From Xanthomonas campestris pv. campestris str. ATCC 33913 (GTDB lineage: Bacteria > Pseudomonadota > Gammaproteobacteria > Xanthomonadales > Xanthomonadaceae): a DNA stretch of 32,000 bases. The DNA is taken from the NCBI RefSeq assembly GCF_000007145.1, contig NC_003902.1, forward strand, positions 4,793,426 to 4,825,425. The letters are read 5' to 3'. Each line of letters opens with the position of its first letter. The first letter of the stretch is position 1. Both the position numbers and the translations under genes were made by a program. Below are positions 21,807 to 30,585 of this stretch, one piece after another. The notes below the pieces were generated by a model. That model was not told the DNA's origin and did no database searches. It saw only the letters and a list, made by a program, of their open reading frames with translations.

Positions 21807-23189
21807 TTAGAAGCTGTACTTGGTGGTGAACTGCAGGCGCGAGATGTCGCCGCTGTCGCCGTTTTCGGCTTCGCGGCGGCCATACATCAGCTCTGCGCCC
21901 ACATCCACCTTGGGCAGTGGCGAATAGAAGACGTTGGCGCGGATGCTCTGCTGCGACTTGCTCGCCAGCGCGCCGGTATTGGCAATGTCGTGGTCGTAGT
22001 TCACGCGCGAATACATGATCGTGCTGCGCAGCTTGGCGTTGTAGTCGTGGCGCCAGGCCACCCAGCCGGCAAGCGTGCTGACGGTCTGGATCTTGCCGTC
22101 GATGTCGATCTCCACGTCCGAGCCGTTACCCAGGCCCAGATACCGCCCCAGGCCTTCGCCGTAGCTGAGCTGGTAGCGCAGATCGTTGTTGGCATTGATG
22201 ATCCAGCGGCCGCCGCCGGCGATGGCGCCGCCGAAATCGGTGTCGTTGGTCAGCGCGCTACGCGTGCGGTACTGGCGCGCAATCGCCGACAGGCCGAAGG
22301 TGCCCCAGGTGCCCTTCCAGTTGTAGCGCGCGGTCAGGTCCGGCATGGCGCCGTGGTCCGAGGCCAGGATGGTGTTGCCGCCCTGGTAGGGCGTGGTCAG
22401 GGTCTCGGGGTTTTCTGCCGACACGCTGAAGGCGCCGCGGGTGTAGCGGATCTGGGTCTGGCGGCTGAACAGCGCGCCGTCGGTCGGCCCGACGATGTCG
22501 GCCGCTTCGGGCAGGATCGTGGCATCGACGAAGTTGGACCAGGTCTGGCCGGCCAGCCAGTTGTTCCAGCTCATGTAGGCGTGCCGCAAGGTGCCGCCGT
22601 ACAGATTGTTGACTTGGTTGGCCAGCGCGTTGCCGAAGAAATCCAGCTCGATGAAGCCGGTGAGCTTGTCGCCGTTCTCGGTGACGGTGTCCACGCCCAG
22701 GTTGAAGCGCGAGAACTTGGCATGGAAGTCGGTGTCCGTGCTCGAGGCCTGTCCCCCGACAGGCGTCTGCGTCGGGATATACAGGTACCGCCCCACCGCG
22801 CCTTCGGGCAATGCGCCGTCGGAGGTGCGGGTGGTCATGAAGTCGGCCTTGATGAAGCCATCGAAACGAAACGTCGTCCCCGGCAACGCATTCGGCGTAA
22901 TGCTGGTCAGCTGGATCGGCCGCTTGCCCGCCGGCAGTGCCGGGGCCGCAGGCGCCTGTGCCTGCGCCGCACGCACCTCGCCGACCTGGGTCTGCGTCTG
23001 GGTGATCTGGCCCTGCTGTTGCTGCTGGGCGGAGACCAGCATCTGGACCTGGCGTTCCAGATCGGCAATACGTGCTTCCAGCGCCTTTTCCTTGGAGGTC
23101 TGCGCGAACGCGACACCCGGCAGGATGGTGGCCACGAACAAAGCGGCAGCCAGCGGTTTGCGCACCAACGGTGCTTTACGGTGTTTCAT
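21807..23189 (-). CDS. DcaP-like outer-membrane porin with N-terminal coiled coil
   Basis: The signal peptide is MKHRKAPLVRKPLAAALFVATILPGVAFA. A coiled coil follows (KALEARIADLERQVQMLVSAQQQQQGQ), then a beta-barrel ending FTTKYSF. I recognise the overall pattern as the DcaP family. Confidence 0.75.
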   Translation of the reverse strand: MKHRKAPLVRKPLAAALFVATILPGVAFAQTSKEKALEARIADLERQVQMLVSAQQQQQGQITQTQTQVGEVRAAQAQAPAAPALPAGKRPIQLTSITPNALPGTTFRFDGFIKADFMTTRTSDGALPEGAVGRYLYIPTQTPVGGQASSTDTDFHAKFSRFNLGVDTVTENGDKLTGFIELDFFGNALANQVNNLYGGTLRHAYMSWNNWLAGQTWSNFVDATILPEAADIVGPTDGALFSRQTQIRYTRGAFSVSAENPETLTTPYQGGNTILASDHGAMPDLTARYNWKGTWGTFGLSAIARQYRTRSALTNDTDFGGAIAGGGRWIINANNDLRYQLSYGEGLGRYLGLGNGSDVEIDIDGKIQTVSTLAGWVAWRHDYNAKLRSTIMYSRVNYDHDIANTGALASKSQQSIRANVFYSPLPKVDVGAELMYGRREAENGDSGDISRLQFTTKYSF

Positions 23190-23452
23190 GGAACCCCCTC
23201 CCCGGTGAAGGCATCGCGCATGGACGGCGACGCTAGGCGGAGCGTGCGGCAGGCCACGCTTTGCCGCCTATTCGCCTTTGGTCGTAGCTGCAATGCAGCA
23301 TTTCGCAAGGCGACCGACTGTCGCAGCGGCAGTTACGACCATGGTCTAAGACTCCGTTGACCGCCGGGACAGAATGGATGCGGCACACTGATTGTCTACG
23401 GGGCGCGCGCAAGCGGCCCTCTTCCGACAAGTTGATCGCAAGTGAGGGTGCC

Positions 23453-25396
23453 ATGGCTGATGTTTATCCCGTCGATCCCGCGTTCGCCGCTGATGCGCGC
23501 ATTACGCGCGAGCAGTACGCAACGCTGTACCGCGAATCGATCGAACACCCCGAGCAGTTCTGGGGCAAGGCCGCGCAGCGGCTGGACTGGTTCAAGCAAC
23601 CCACCCAGATCAAGGACGTCAGCTTCGCGCTGGACGACTTCCACGTGCGCTGGTTCGGCGACGGCGAACTCAATGCCAGCGTCAACTGCCTGGACCGCCA
23701 GCTGGCCACCCGCGGCGACAAGACCGCGCTGCTGTTCGAACCCGACAGCCCGGATTCGCCGTCCTACCCGGTCACCTACCGCGAGCTCTATGAGCGCGTG
23801 TGCAAGCTGGGCAACGCGCTGCGCAACCTGGGCGTCAAGAAGGGCGACCGGGTCACCATCTATCTGCCGATGATCGTCGATGCGGCCGTGGCGATGCTCG
23901 CCTGCGCGCGCATCGGTGCGGTGCACTCGGTGGTGTTTGGCGGCTTTGCGGCCAACTCCATCGCCGACCGCGTGATCGACTGCCAGAGCAAGCTGATCAT
24001 CACCGCCGACGAAGGCCTGCGCGGCGGCAAGAAGATCCCGCTCAAGGCGAACGTGGACGCGGCGCTGAAGATCCCCGGCACCAACACGGTCGAAACCGTG
24101 CTGGTGGTGCGCCACACCGGCGGTGCAGTGGACATGCAGGCCCCGCGCGACCGCTGGTTCCATGACGTGGTCGATGGCCAGCCGGCCGAGTGCGAACCCG
24201 AGCGCATGAACGCGGAAGACCCGTTGTTCATCCTCTACACCTCCGGGTCCACAGGCAAGCCCAAGGGCGTGCTGCACACCACCGCCGGCTACCTGCTGTT
24301 TGCCAGCTATACGCATGAAGTGGTGTTCGACCTGCGCGAGGACGACATCTACTGGTGCACCGCCGACGTGGGCTGGGTTACCGGCCACAGCTACATCGTC
24401 TACGGCCCGCTGGCCAACGGCGCCACCGCGGTGATGTTCGAAGGCGTGCCGAATTACCCCAACGTCTCGCGTTTCTGGGAAGTGATCGACAAGCACCAGG
24501 TCACCATCTTCTACACCGCGCCCACCGCCATCCGCGCGCTGATGCGCGAAGGCGAAGCACCGGTCAAGAAGACCTCGCGCAGCAGCCTGCGCCTGCTCGG
24601 CAGCGTTGGCGAGCCGATCAATCCCGAAGCCTGGCGCTGGTACTACGAGGTGGTCGGCGACAGCCGTTGCCCGATCGTGGACACCTGGTGGCAGACCGAA
24701 ACCGGCGGCATCCTGATCTCGCCGCTGGCCGGCGCGGTGGACCTCAAGCCCGGCTCGGCCACCCTGCCGTTCTTCGGCGTGCAGCCGGCCCTGGTCGATG
24801 CCGAAGGCAAGATCCTGGAAGGCGCCACCGAGGGCAACCTGGTGCTGCTGGATTCGTGGCCGGGCCAGATGCGCACCGTCTACGGCGACCACCAGCGCTT
24901 CATCGACACCTACTTCCGCACCTACCCGGGTAGCTACTTCACCGGTGACGGCTGCCGCCGCGACGCCGATGGCTACTACTGGATCACCGGCCGCGTGGAC
25001 GACGTGATCAACGTCTCCGGCCACCGCATCGGCACCGCCGAGGTGGAAAGCGCGTTGGTGTCGCACCCGAAGGTGGCCGAAGCGGCCGTGGTCGGCTTCC
25101 CGCACGACGTCAAGGGCCAGGGCATCTACGCCTACGTGACCCTGATCGCCGGCGAGACGCCCAGCGAAGAGCTGCACAAGGAACTGGTGAGCTGGGTGCG
25201 CAAGGAGATCGGCCCGATCGCCTCGCCGGACCATCTGCAATGGGCCCCGGGCCTGCCGAAGACCCGCTCGGGCAAGATCATGCGCCGCATCCTGCGCAAG
25301 ATCGCCGAAAACGCCCCGGATCAGCTGGGCGATACCTCCACGCTGGCCGATCCATCGGTGGTGGATTCGCTGGTCAATGAGCGGCTGACGCGCTGA
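23453..25396 (+). CDS. acs: Acetyl-CoA synthetase
   Basis: [96 protein letters not shown]. 647 aa from the ATG at 23453. Confidence 0.95.
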   Translation: MADVYPVDPAFAADARITREQYATLYRESIEHPEQFWGKAAQRLDWFKQPTQIKDVSFALDDFHVRWFGDGELNASVNCLDRQLATRGDKTALLFEPDSPDSPSYPVTYRELYERVCKLGNALRNLGVKKGDRVTIYLPMIVDAAVAMLACARIGAVHSVVFGGFAANSIADRVIDCQSKLIITADEGLRGGKKIPLKANVDAALKIPGTNTVETVLVVRHTGGAVDMQAPRDRWFHDVVDGQPAECEPERMNAEDPLFILYTSGSTGKPKGVLHTTAGYLLFASYTHEVVFDLREDDIYWCTADVGWVTGHSYIVYGPLANGATAVMFEGVPNYPNVSRFWEVIDKHQVTIFYTAPTAIRALMREGEAPVKKTSRSSLRLLGSVGEPINPEAWRWYYEVVGDSRCPIVDTWWQTETGGILISPLAGAVDLKPGSATLPFFGVQPALVDAEGKILEGATEGNLVLLDSWPGQMRTVYGDHQRFIDTYFRTYPGSYFTGDGCRRDADGYYWITGRVDDVINVSGHRIGTAEVESALVSHPKVAEAAVVGFPHDVKGQGIYAYVTLIAGETPSEELHKELVSWVRKEIGPIASPDHLQWAPGLPKTRSGKIMRRILRKIAENAPDQLGDTSTLADPSVVDSLVNERLTR

Positions 25397-25402
25397 GGAG
25401 CT

Positions 25403-25431
25403 GGGAGTGGGGAATCGGGAGTGGGGAATCG
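25403..25431 (+). repeat. G-rich direct repeat (gggagtggggaatc)x2; left arm of a 22-nt perfect inverted repeat
   Basis: Read directly. Positions 25410-25431 (gggaatcgggagtggggaatcg) are the exact reverse complement of 25597-25618. Confidence 0.95.
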
Positions 25432-25596
25432 TGAGAGCGGTTCCCTGGGGGCTGGGGAGTTAGGGCGCGAGGTGGGGATTGGTGAGACGCCGATCCCTGT
25501 TCGCGCACCTCCTCTTCGGCGCCCCGCTCCCGCCGCCTTACACGCCCAACGCCAGATCGCACGCCCTTCGCTTTCCGCTGTTGCTTTTGCAATTCC

Positions 25597-25618
25597 CGAT
25601 TCCCCACTCCCGATTCCC
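25597..25618 (-). repeat. Right arm of the 22-nt perfect inverted repeat (cgattccccactcccgattccc)
   Basis: Exact reverse complement of 25410-25431. The arms are 165 nt apart and fill the acs/response-regulator gap. The left half of the spacer is G-rich and the right half is C-rich. Confidence 0.95.
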
Positions 25619-25627
25619 GGCCCCACA

Positions 25628-26296
25628 ATGACCACCCTGCTGATTGCCGACGACCATCCCTTGTTCCGTGAAGCCTTGCGCGGGGCGGTGCAGCGGGTGA
25701 TGCCGGGGGTGGAACTGTTCGAGGCCGACAACGTGGATGCGCTGTATACCCTGGCCGATGCGCAGCCCGATGCAGACCTGTTGCTGATGGATCTCAACAT
25801 GCCGGGCGCGCAGGGATTCAGCGCGCTGGTGCATATGCGCTCGCTGCATCCGCAGCTGCCGGTGGTGGTGGTGTCTGCACGCGAAGAACCCACCGTGATG
25901 CGGCGTGCGATCGACCATGGCGCGTTCGGCTTCATCCCCAAATCCGCCGACTCGGACACCATTGGCCGCGCCCTGGCCACGGTGCTCGATGGCGAACGCT
26001 GGATTCCGGCCGAGGCACAGAACCTGCCGCCGACCGACAGCGAAGAACGTGAGGTTGGCCAGCGCCTGCGCGATCTCACCCCGCAACAATTCCGTGTGCT
26101 GCAGATGCTGGGCGCCGGCCGCCTCAACAAGCAGATCGCCTACGACCTGGGCGTGTCCGAAGCGACCATCAAGGCACACGTCACTGCCATCCTGCGCAAG
26201 CTTGGCGTGACCAATCGCACCCAGGCGGTGCTGATGGCAGGCAAGCTCGCCATCGATGCCGACGGCATCGTGCTGCCGCCGCCGGAAGACGACTGA
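25628..26296 (+). CDS. NarL/FixJ (LuxR-type HTH) response regulator, no adjacent histidine kinase
   Basis: MTTLLIADDHPLFREAL..DLLLMDLNMPG is the receiver domain with its acceptor Asp. The C-terminal HTH reads LTPQQFRVLQMLGAGRLNKQIAYDLGVSEATIKAHVTAILRKLGVTNRTQAV. 222 aa. Confidence 0.9.
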   Translation: MTTLLIADDHPLFREALRGAVQRVMPGVELFEADNVDALYTLADAQPDADLLLMDLNMPGAQGFSALVHMRSLHPQLPVVVVSAREEPTVMRRAIDHGAFGFIPKSADSDTIGRALATVLDGERWIPAEAQNLPPTDSEEREVGQRLRDLTPQQFRVLQMLGAGRLNKQIAYDLGVSEATIKAHVTAILRKLGVTNRTQAVLMAGKLAIDADGIVLPPPEDD

Positions 26297-26345
26297 CGCC
26301 CGCCAGCGTGCGTGTGCGGGCGTTGGGTTGGTCGGGAGAAGGCCG

Positions 26346-26369
26346 GTCGCGCGCGAGCGCGCTCCTACG
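26346..26369 (-). repeat. REP-like element, reverse orientation (gtaggagcgcgctcgcgcgcgac on the minus strand)
   Basis: Read directly. It pairs with the forward copy at 26449-26473. The GTAGGAGCGC..GCGCGA core resembles REP families of gamma-proteobacteria, from memory. Confidence 0.55.
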
Positions 26370-26448
26370 TGTGATCCCGCTACCCTTGCCGTCGTTGTCG
26401 TTGGGTAATCGATAGAGTTGCTACGCGCGCAACGCAACGCCGCACCAG

Positions 26449-26473
26449 CGTAGGAGCGCACCTGGGCGCGAAG
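26449..26473 (+). repeat. REP-like element, forward orientation (cgtaggagcgcacctgggcgcgaag)
   Basis: Read directly. It is an inverted partner of 26346-26369, about 80 nt away. Confidence 0.55.
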
Positions 26474-26599
26474 GTTTTCTCGGCGAAGCCGCGTGTTGCA
26501 GAAGAATCCTGATGCGCGTTGGCGCGTACGACTGTGGTGGGCGTTACCGGTAAAGCTCCGTCGCGCCCGGGTACGCGCCTACATGTGGAGCTCTGCCGT

Positions 26600-27508
26600 C
26601 TAGTCAGGCGCGCGCACGAACAAGATGTTCAGATCGCGCATCGGCACGAAGTTGGCCTGCGTGAACTGGAAGGTCAGCGGGTCGATCTTTTTCAGCTCGC
26701 CCTCGAAGCACAGGCTGAGGATATCGCTGGCGGCCTGCTTGCGGATGGTCAGCTGGAAGTCCTTGATCGGGCCGTTCCAGTTCTTGCCGGTGGTGAGCAC
26801 GTAGCGCAAGTTGGCCCAGGCCAGGCCGGACTGGCCTTCGCGGCGTTGCATGCTGGTCTTGGTGCCCGGTTCAATGCAGGTGTCCTTGGCATAGGACTCC
26901 AGCAAATACGTGCTGGGCCGCGGCACGCCGGTGGACAGGCTGGGCGCATACGCATGCCGGATCTGCACGCTGCGGCGCGCCGGAAAAGCCTGTTGCCACA
27001 CGAAGTACTCGTTGAGGGTGAAACGCGGTTGCGCGTCGGCATCGACCCAACGCGCGGGCAGCGGTTTACGGCCCTTGGGTGGGGTGCCGGATTCGGTGAA
27101 GGCGGCCACATCGTCCTGGGTCCAGCCGGTGGCGGCGAACGCCTTGGAGATGTCGCTGCCGTCGTCCAGCAACACCACCAATTTGCGCGTGGTGGCGATC
27201 GGCCTGCCGTCCGCCCACAATTTGAAATCGGTGAGTTCGCTGTGGTCGGCCATGCCGAAATACATCGGCGGCATCGGGAAGGCCACCGGCACGCTGAGGT
27301 CGCGCTCGCTGTTGTTGGTGAACACGTAGTCCACCTGCACGCGCTCCTCGCTCAGGAACAGCACTTCCTTGTCCATGCTGATGTCGGGCTGGTGCAGCAA
27401 GCGGATGGTGCCGTTGTCATCGCCAAAGCTGCTGTCGTTGGCCTGCGCGCTGGCGCAGACAAGCACGGCCAGCGCCAGCAGGCGGCGTGCGGAAAAGAGC
27501 GTATGCAT
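26600..27508 (-). CDS. DUF4424-family periplasmic protein
   Basis: MHTLFSARRLLALAVLVCASAQA is a signal peptide. It is followed by NDSS..ISMDKEVLFLSEERVQVDYVFTNNSERDLSVPVAFPMPP, which matches my recollection of the DUF4424 N-terminal signature. 302 aa from the ATG at 27508. The 372-aa version in the track is an upstream extension. Confidence 0.6.
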   Translation of the reverse strand: MHTLFSARRLLALAVLVCASAQANDSSFGDDNGTIRLLHQPDISMDKEVLFLSEERVQVDYVFTNNSERDLSVPVAFPMPPMYFGMADHSELTDFKLWADGRPIATTRKLVVLLDDGSDISKAFAATGWTQDDVAAFTESGTPPKGRKPLPARWVDADAQPRFTLNEYFVWQQAFPARRSVQIRHAYAPSLSTGVPRPSTYLLESYAKDTCIEPGTKTSMQRREGQSGLAWANLRYVLTTGKNWNGPIKDFQLTIRKQAASDILSLCFEGELKKIDPLTFQFTQANFVPMRDLNILFVRAPD

Positions 27509-27887
27509 GGGTCCCCTGGTACAGCGCGCACCGACGCGCCGCAGAGCGCTAGCATGCCACGCCGTCTCCAGGCGCAGCAGACCCAAGCGCCACACCGCAG
27601 TCACTGCGCGCAAGCGGGTGCGACACGCTTGCTCACCTTTTGCCGGCCGCCGGCGAACCCACACGTTCTGCAACACGACCTGTTGGCAACGTGTGCAGCG
27701 CGCGCCAACCGCGTGCACTTGCGCAACTACCGGCTACGTCACGCTGAAAGACTGGCAAGCCCAAGCGCTGCGGCGTGATCGCTTCCACATCCAGGTGTCG
27801 CGCGCCATCGCAGTTGTCGATATCACCATTGACCATCTGCTGATGGCTGGACAAGGCTCGTGCTCACGCGATGCAGCAGGAGCACAG

Positions 27888-28478
27888 ATGGCGCGACGTT
27901 TTCCATGGCTATGGTTGGGCTTGCTGGCGGCGTGCATCCTGGTGGCGGTGCTGGCGTGGCAGAACCAGCAATTGCGCACGCAGCAACAGTGGCTGCAGAC
28001 GCGCGTGACTGCGCCCTACGCCGGCATGTACGTGCCGACCATCGCTGCCCCGGGTGTGGATGGACGCAGCTATACGTTGGGCGCCGCGCAGGGGCAGCCG
28101 CAAGTGCTGTTCTTCTTTACCACCACCTGCCCGTATTGCCGGCGCTCGGCGCCGACGGTGGTGCGTGCGGCGCGACAGTTGCAGGCCAACCTGCCGGGCC
28201 GTCCGCAGTTGCTGGGTGTCTGCCATTGCGACCCGGCGCAGGCTGCGCGCTATGCGCACGTGCATGGTTTCGATTTTCCGGTGGTCACGCTGACCGACCG
28301 CCGCGCGCTGATGCTGTTTCGGGCGCGCAATGTGCCATTGGTGATGGCCGTCGATGGGGAGGGGCGCGTGCGCCATTCCCATGTTGGCCTGTTCGATACC
28401 ACGGAGCGGGTGCAGGACCTGGTCGCCGCATTGCGCCGCACGGATGCGCCAGCGGCATTGGCAACGGTGAAGGAGTGA
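27888..28478 (+). CDS. Membrane-anchored thioredoxin-fold (TlpA/redoxin-like) thiol-disulfide oxidoreductase, active site CPYC
   Basis: The RBS aggag lies 5 nt upstream of the ATG at 27888. The anchor is MARRFPWLWLGLLAACILVAVLAW. The thioredoxin fold reads PQVLFFFTTTCPYCRRSAP..GFDFPVV..VPLVMAVDGEGRV. 196 aa. Confidence 0.8.
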   Translation: MARRFPWLWLGLLAACILVAVLAWQNQQLRTQQQWLQTRVTAPYAGMYVPTIAAPGVDGRSYTLGAAQGQPQVLFFFTTTCPYCRRSAPTVVRAARQLQANLPGRPQLLGVCHCDPAQAARYAHVHGFDFPVVTLTDRRALMLFRARNVPLVMAVDGEGRVRHSHVGLFDTTERVQDLVAALRRTDAPAALATVKE

Positions 28479-28482
28479 GTGC

Positions 28483-28686
28483 ATGAACAAGCGTTGGTTA
28501 TCTGTACGCAATGCGTTGGTGGCAGCGGCGTTCCTGGCCAGTACCGGCTTCGGCGCATTCCAAGTCATGGCAGGCAGCAACACCCAGCCGACGACCGAGG
28601 CCTGCAGCGCATGGCAATGCGCTGCCGAGTGTCCGGAATTCGGCGGCCAATTCGGGCAAGGCAACGTGTGCTATTGCTGCGGCTAA
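28483..28686 (+). CDS. Small secreted Cys-rich peptide precursor (67 aa; six Cys in the last 27 residues)
   Basis: The strong RBS aaggag lies 7 nt upstream of the ATG, which starts 4 nt after the oxidoreductase stop. Product: MNKRWLSVRNALVAAAFLASTGFGAFQVMA|GSNTQPTTEACSAWQCAAECPEFGGQFGQGNVCYCCG. The leader is Sec-like with a V-M-A cleavage motif. A terminator hairpin follows 10 nt after the stop. The gene uses several host-rare codons (tta, tct, gta, caa x3). Confidence 0.7.
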   Translation: MNKRWLSVRNALVAAAFLASTGFGAFQVMAGSNTQPTTEACSAWQCAAECPEFGGQFGQGNVCYCCG

Positions 28687-28695
28687 GCCGCCCGG

Positions 28696-28718
28696 CGGGG
28701 CCACGTGGCCCCGCTTTT
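28696..28718 (+). terminator. Rho-independent terminator after the Cys-rich peptide gene
   Basis: Stem cggggcc, loop acgt, stem ggccccg, followed by cttttcc. Confidence 0.6.
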
Positions 28719-28950
28719 CCGCACGCGGGAACTGTGCGGCGCACTGCGTGCAAGGCAGCAAGCACCTGGCCGATGTCGCATTAGACGGCGCGCGTGATGT
28801 GCGCTGTTTTTCTCGTCGTTGCAATGTAGTGACGTGCGCATGCGCTGAGTGCCTAGGTGATAGCGCTACCTAAACGTGTTCCCGCATGTCCTCGCGCATG
28901 CTGCCCACACGTGCGCATGCATCAGCAACGCATCCGCGTTCTCAGCCGCA

Positions 28951-30585
28951 TCAACCCAGCGCGCGATAGCGGAAATCACGCAGCACCACGCTGCCCTCCT
29001 GCGCGGCGTAGATGCCCAGCTGCAAGCTCAGGAAGCCGCCGAACACGTTGTGATGCATGCCGGAGACTTCCATGCGGGTGGGATGGCGCAGCCAGTTGCG
29101 GCCCTCATCGAATGAATAGTGGTAGGTCACTACCTGCTGATCGTTGGTCAGGCGCAGACGGATGTGGCGCTGCGTGTTGGGCGCGCGTGCCCACACCAGT
29201 TCTTCGGAATATTCGTAGGTCTTCATGGTGTCGGCGGTGAAGCCAATCCCGACGAACGCCTTGTGGTTGTAGAACAACAGGATGCCGCCTTCGGCATTGC
29301 CGACCAGCTCCAACGTCACCTCGGCTGCGTAGGCGCGATCGGGGACGCCGCAGGTCAGCGGTGCGCTGTCTGCCGGCGATGTGCCGGTGCAGGCCAGCGT
29401 GAGCACACGGTCGCCACGTTGGATCCGCGCCTGTTCGCCCGGCTTGGGCGCATGCAGGCTCCACTGGGTGCCGAGCTTGTCGGTGGAAAAATCATCGGAC
29501 AACGCGAAACCGGTCGCCATATTCGCACTACCGGTGGCAGTGCGCGCCGGCGTGCGCAACGGCCTGGACAGATCACCGCCGGTGGCACGGAACCAGCCAT
29601 CGGCGGTCCATTCGATCGGCTCCAGCAAGGTCTGCCGGCCCAGCGTGCGGAAGCCGTTTTCGTAGCCGTGATAGACCATCCACCAGTCGCCGCGTGGGCC
29701 TTCCACCAGCGTGGCATGGCCGCGCGACCACCACGGCTCCTGCGGTGATTGCGTGCGCACCAGTGGATTGTGCGGGCAGTGTTCCCACGGCCCATGCACC
29801 GAGCGCGAACGCGCGGCGATCACCATGTGCCCGGTCACCGGCCCGGCGGTGCCACCGACCGCGGTGACCAGATACAGCCAGCCGTTGTGCCAGTTGAGCT
29901 TGGGGCCTTCGGGCGCGAAGTTTTCCACCACCCAGTCATCCGGGTAACGCCACGGCGCGTATGCCGGTTCGAGCGGGCCGTCGGTGGCCAGGCCATCGGC
30001 GCGTAGACGGATCTTGCGGATGCCGTTGACGAACAGATAGCGCGCGCTGTCTTCGCCCACCACGTGGCCCGGGTCGATGCAGCCGGCGATCTTCAAATCG
30101 ATCGGCGCGCTCCATGGGCCACGGATGTCATCGGCCCAGATCACGAAGATCGACCAGCCGCGGTCGTCCGGATTGGCCGGGATGTAGATGAAGTAGCGGC
30201 CGTCGTGCTTGCACAGGTCCAGCGCCCAGATGGTGCCGAGCTGCTGGCGCAGGGCCGGGCCGATCGGCGTCCAGTTGACCAGGTCGGTGGAATGCCACAG
30301 CACGATGCCCGGGTAGGAGAAGAACGACGAAAACGTCATGGAGTAGTCGTCGCCATCCTTGAGGATGGTTGGGTCCGGGCGGTCGCCGGCCACGATGGGA
30401 TTGCGATAGGTGCCGTTGCCCAGATCCGCAGTGCGCTGGCCCTCGACTCCGCGCCCCCACTGCAGGAGTTGCCCGCAGGCTGCGGCCGGCGGGGCTGCGG
30501 TGGCGCCCAGCGCCGCCGGTGCCACGGCGGCACCGGCACTTGCCGCCAGCAGCTTGAATACGTCCCGCCGGGTGGGGGTTGGCAC
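28951..30585 (-). CDS. Glycoside hydrolase family 43 (beta-xylosidase/alpha-L-arabinofuranosidase type) with Tat signal and C-terminal beta-sandwich
   Basis: The GTG start gives (M)PTPTRRDVFKLLAASAGAAVAP (twin-arginine). GH43 motifs are NPIVAGDRPDPTILKDGDDYSM, LWHSTDLVNW, WALDLCKHDGRYFIY, CIDPGH and PEGPKL. 544 aa. Confidence 0.88.
   Translation of the reverse strand: MPTPTRRDVFKLLAASAGAAVAPAALGATAAPPAAACGQLLQWGRGVEGQRTADLGNGTYRNPIVAGDRPDPTILKDGDDYSMTFSSFFSYPGIVLWHSTDLVNWTPIGPALRQQLGTIWALDLCKHDGRYFIYIPANPDDRGWSIFVIWADDIRGPWSAPIDLKIAGCIDPGHVVGEDSARYLFVNGIRKIRLRADGLATDGPLEPAYAPWRYPDDWVVENFAPEGPKLNWHNGWLYLVTAVGGTAGPVTGHMVIAARSRSVHGPWEHCPHNPLVRTQSPQEPWWSRGHATLVEGPRGDWWMVYHGYENGFRTLGRQTLLEPIEWTADGWFRATGGDLSRPLRTPARTATGSANMATGFALSDDFSTDKLGTQWSLHAPKPGEQARIQRGDRVLTLACTGTSPADSAPLTCGVPDRAYAAEVTLELVGNAEGGILLFYNHKAFVGIGFTADTMKTYEYSEELVWARAPNTQRHIRLRLTNDQQVVTYHYSFDEGRNWLRHPTRMEVSGMHHNVFGGFLSLQLGIYAAQEGSVVLRDFRYRALG

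Noticed and set aside
23287-23299. Palindrome gctgca-a-tgcagc in the acs/porin divergent region as a regulator binding site
   Set aside because: A 6-1-6 palindrome is expected several times by chance in 32 kb, so the sequence alone gives no support.
26297-26322. Hairpin cgcccgc-N12-gcgggcg followed by ttgggttgg, as the terminator of the response regulator
   Set aside because: The stem is only 7 bp, the loop is 12 nt and the T tract is poor. It is too weak to annotate, and the REP pair downstream may do the job instead.
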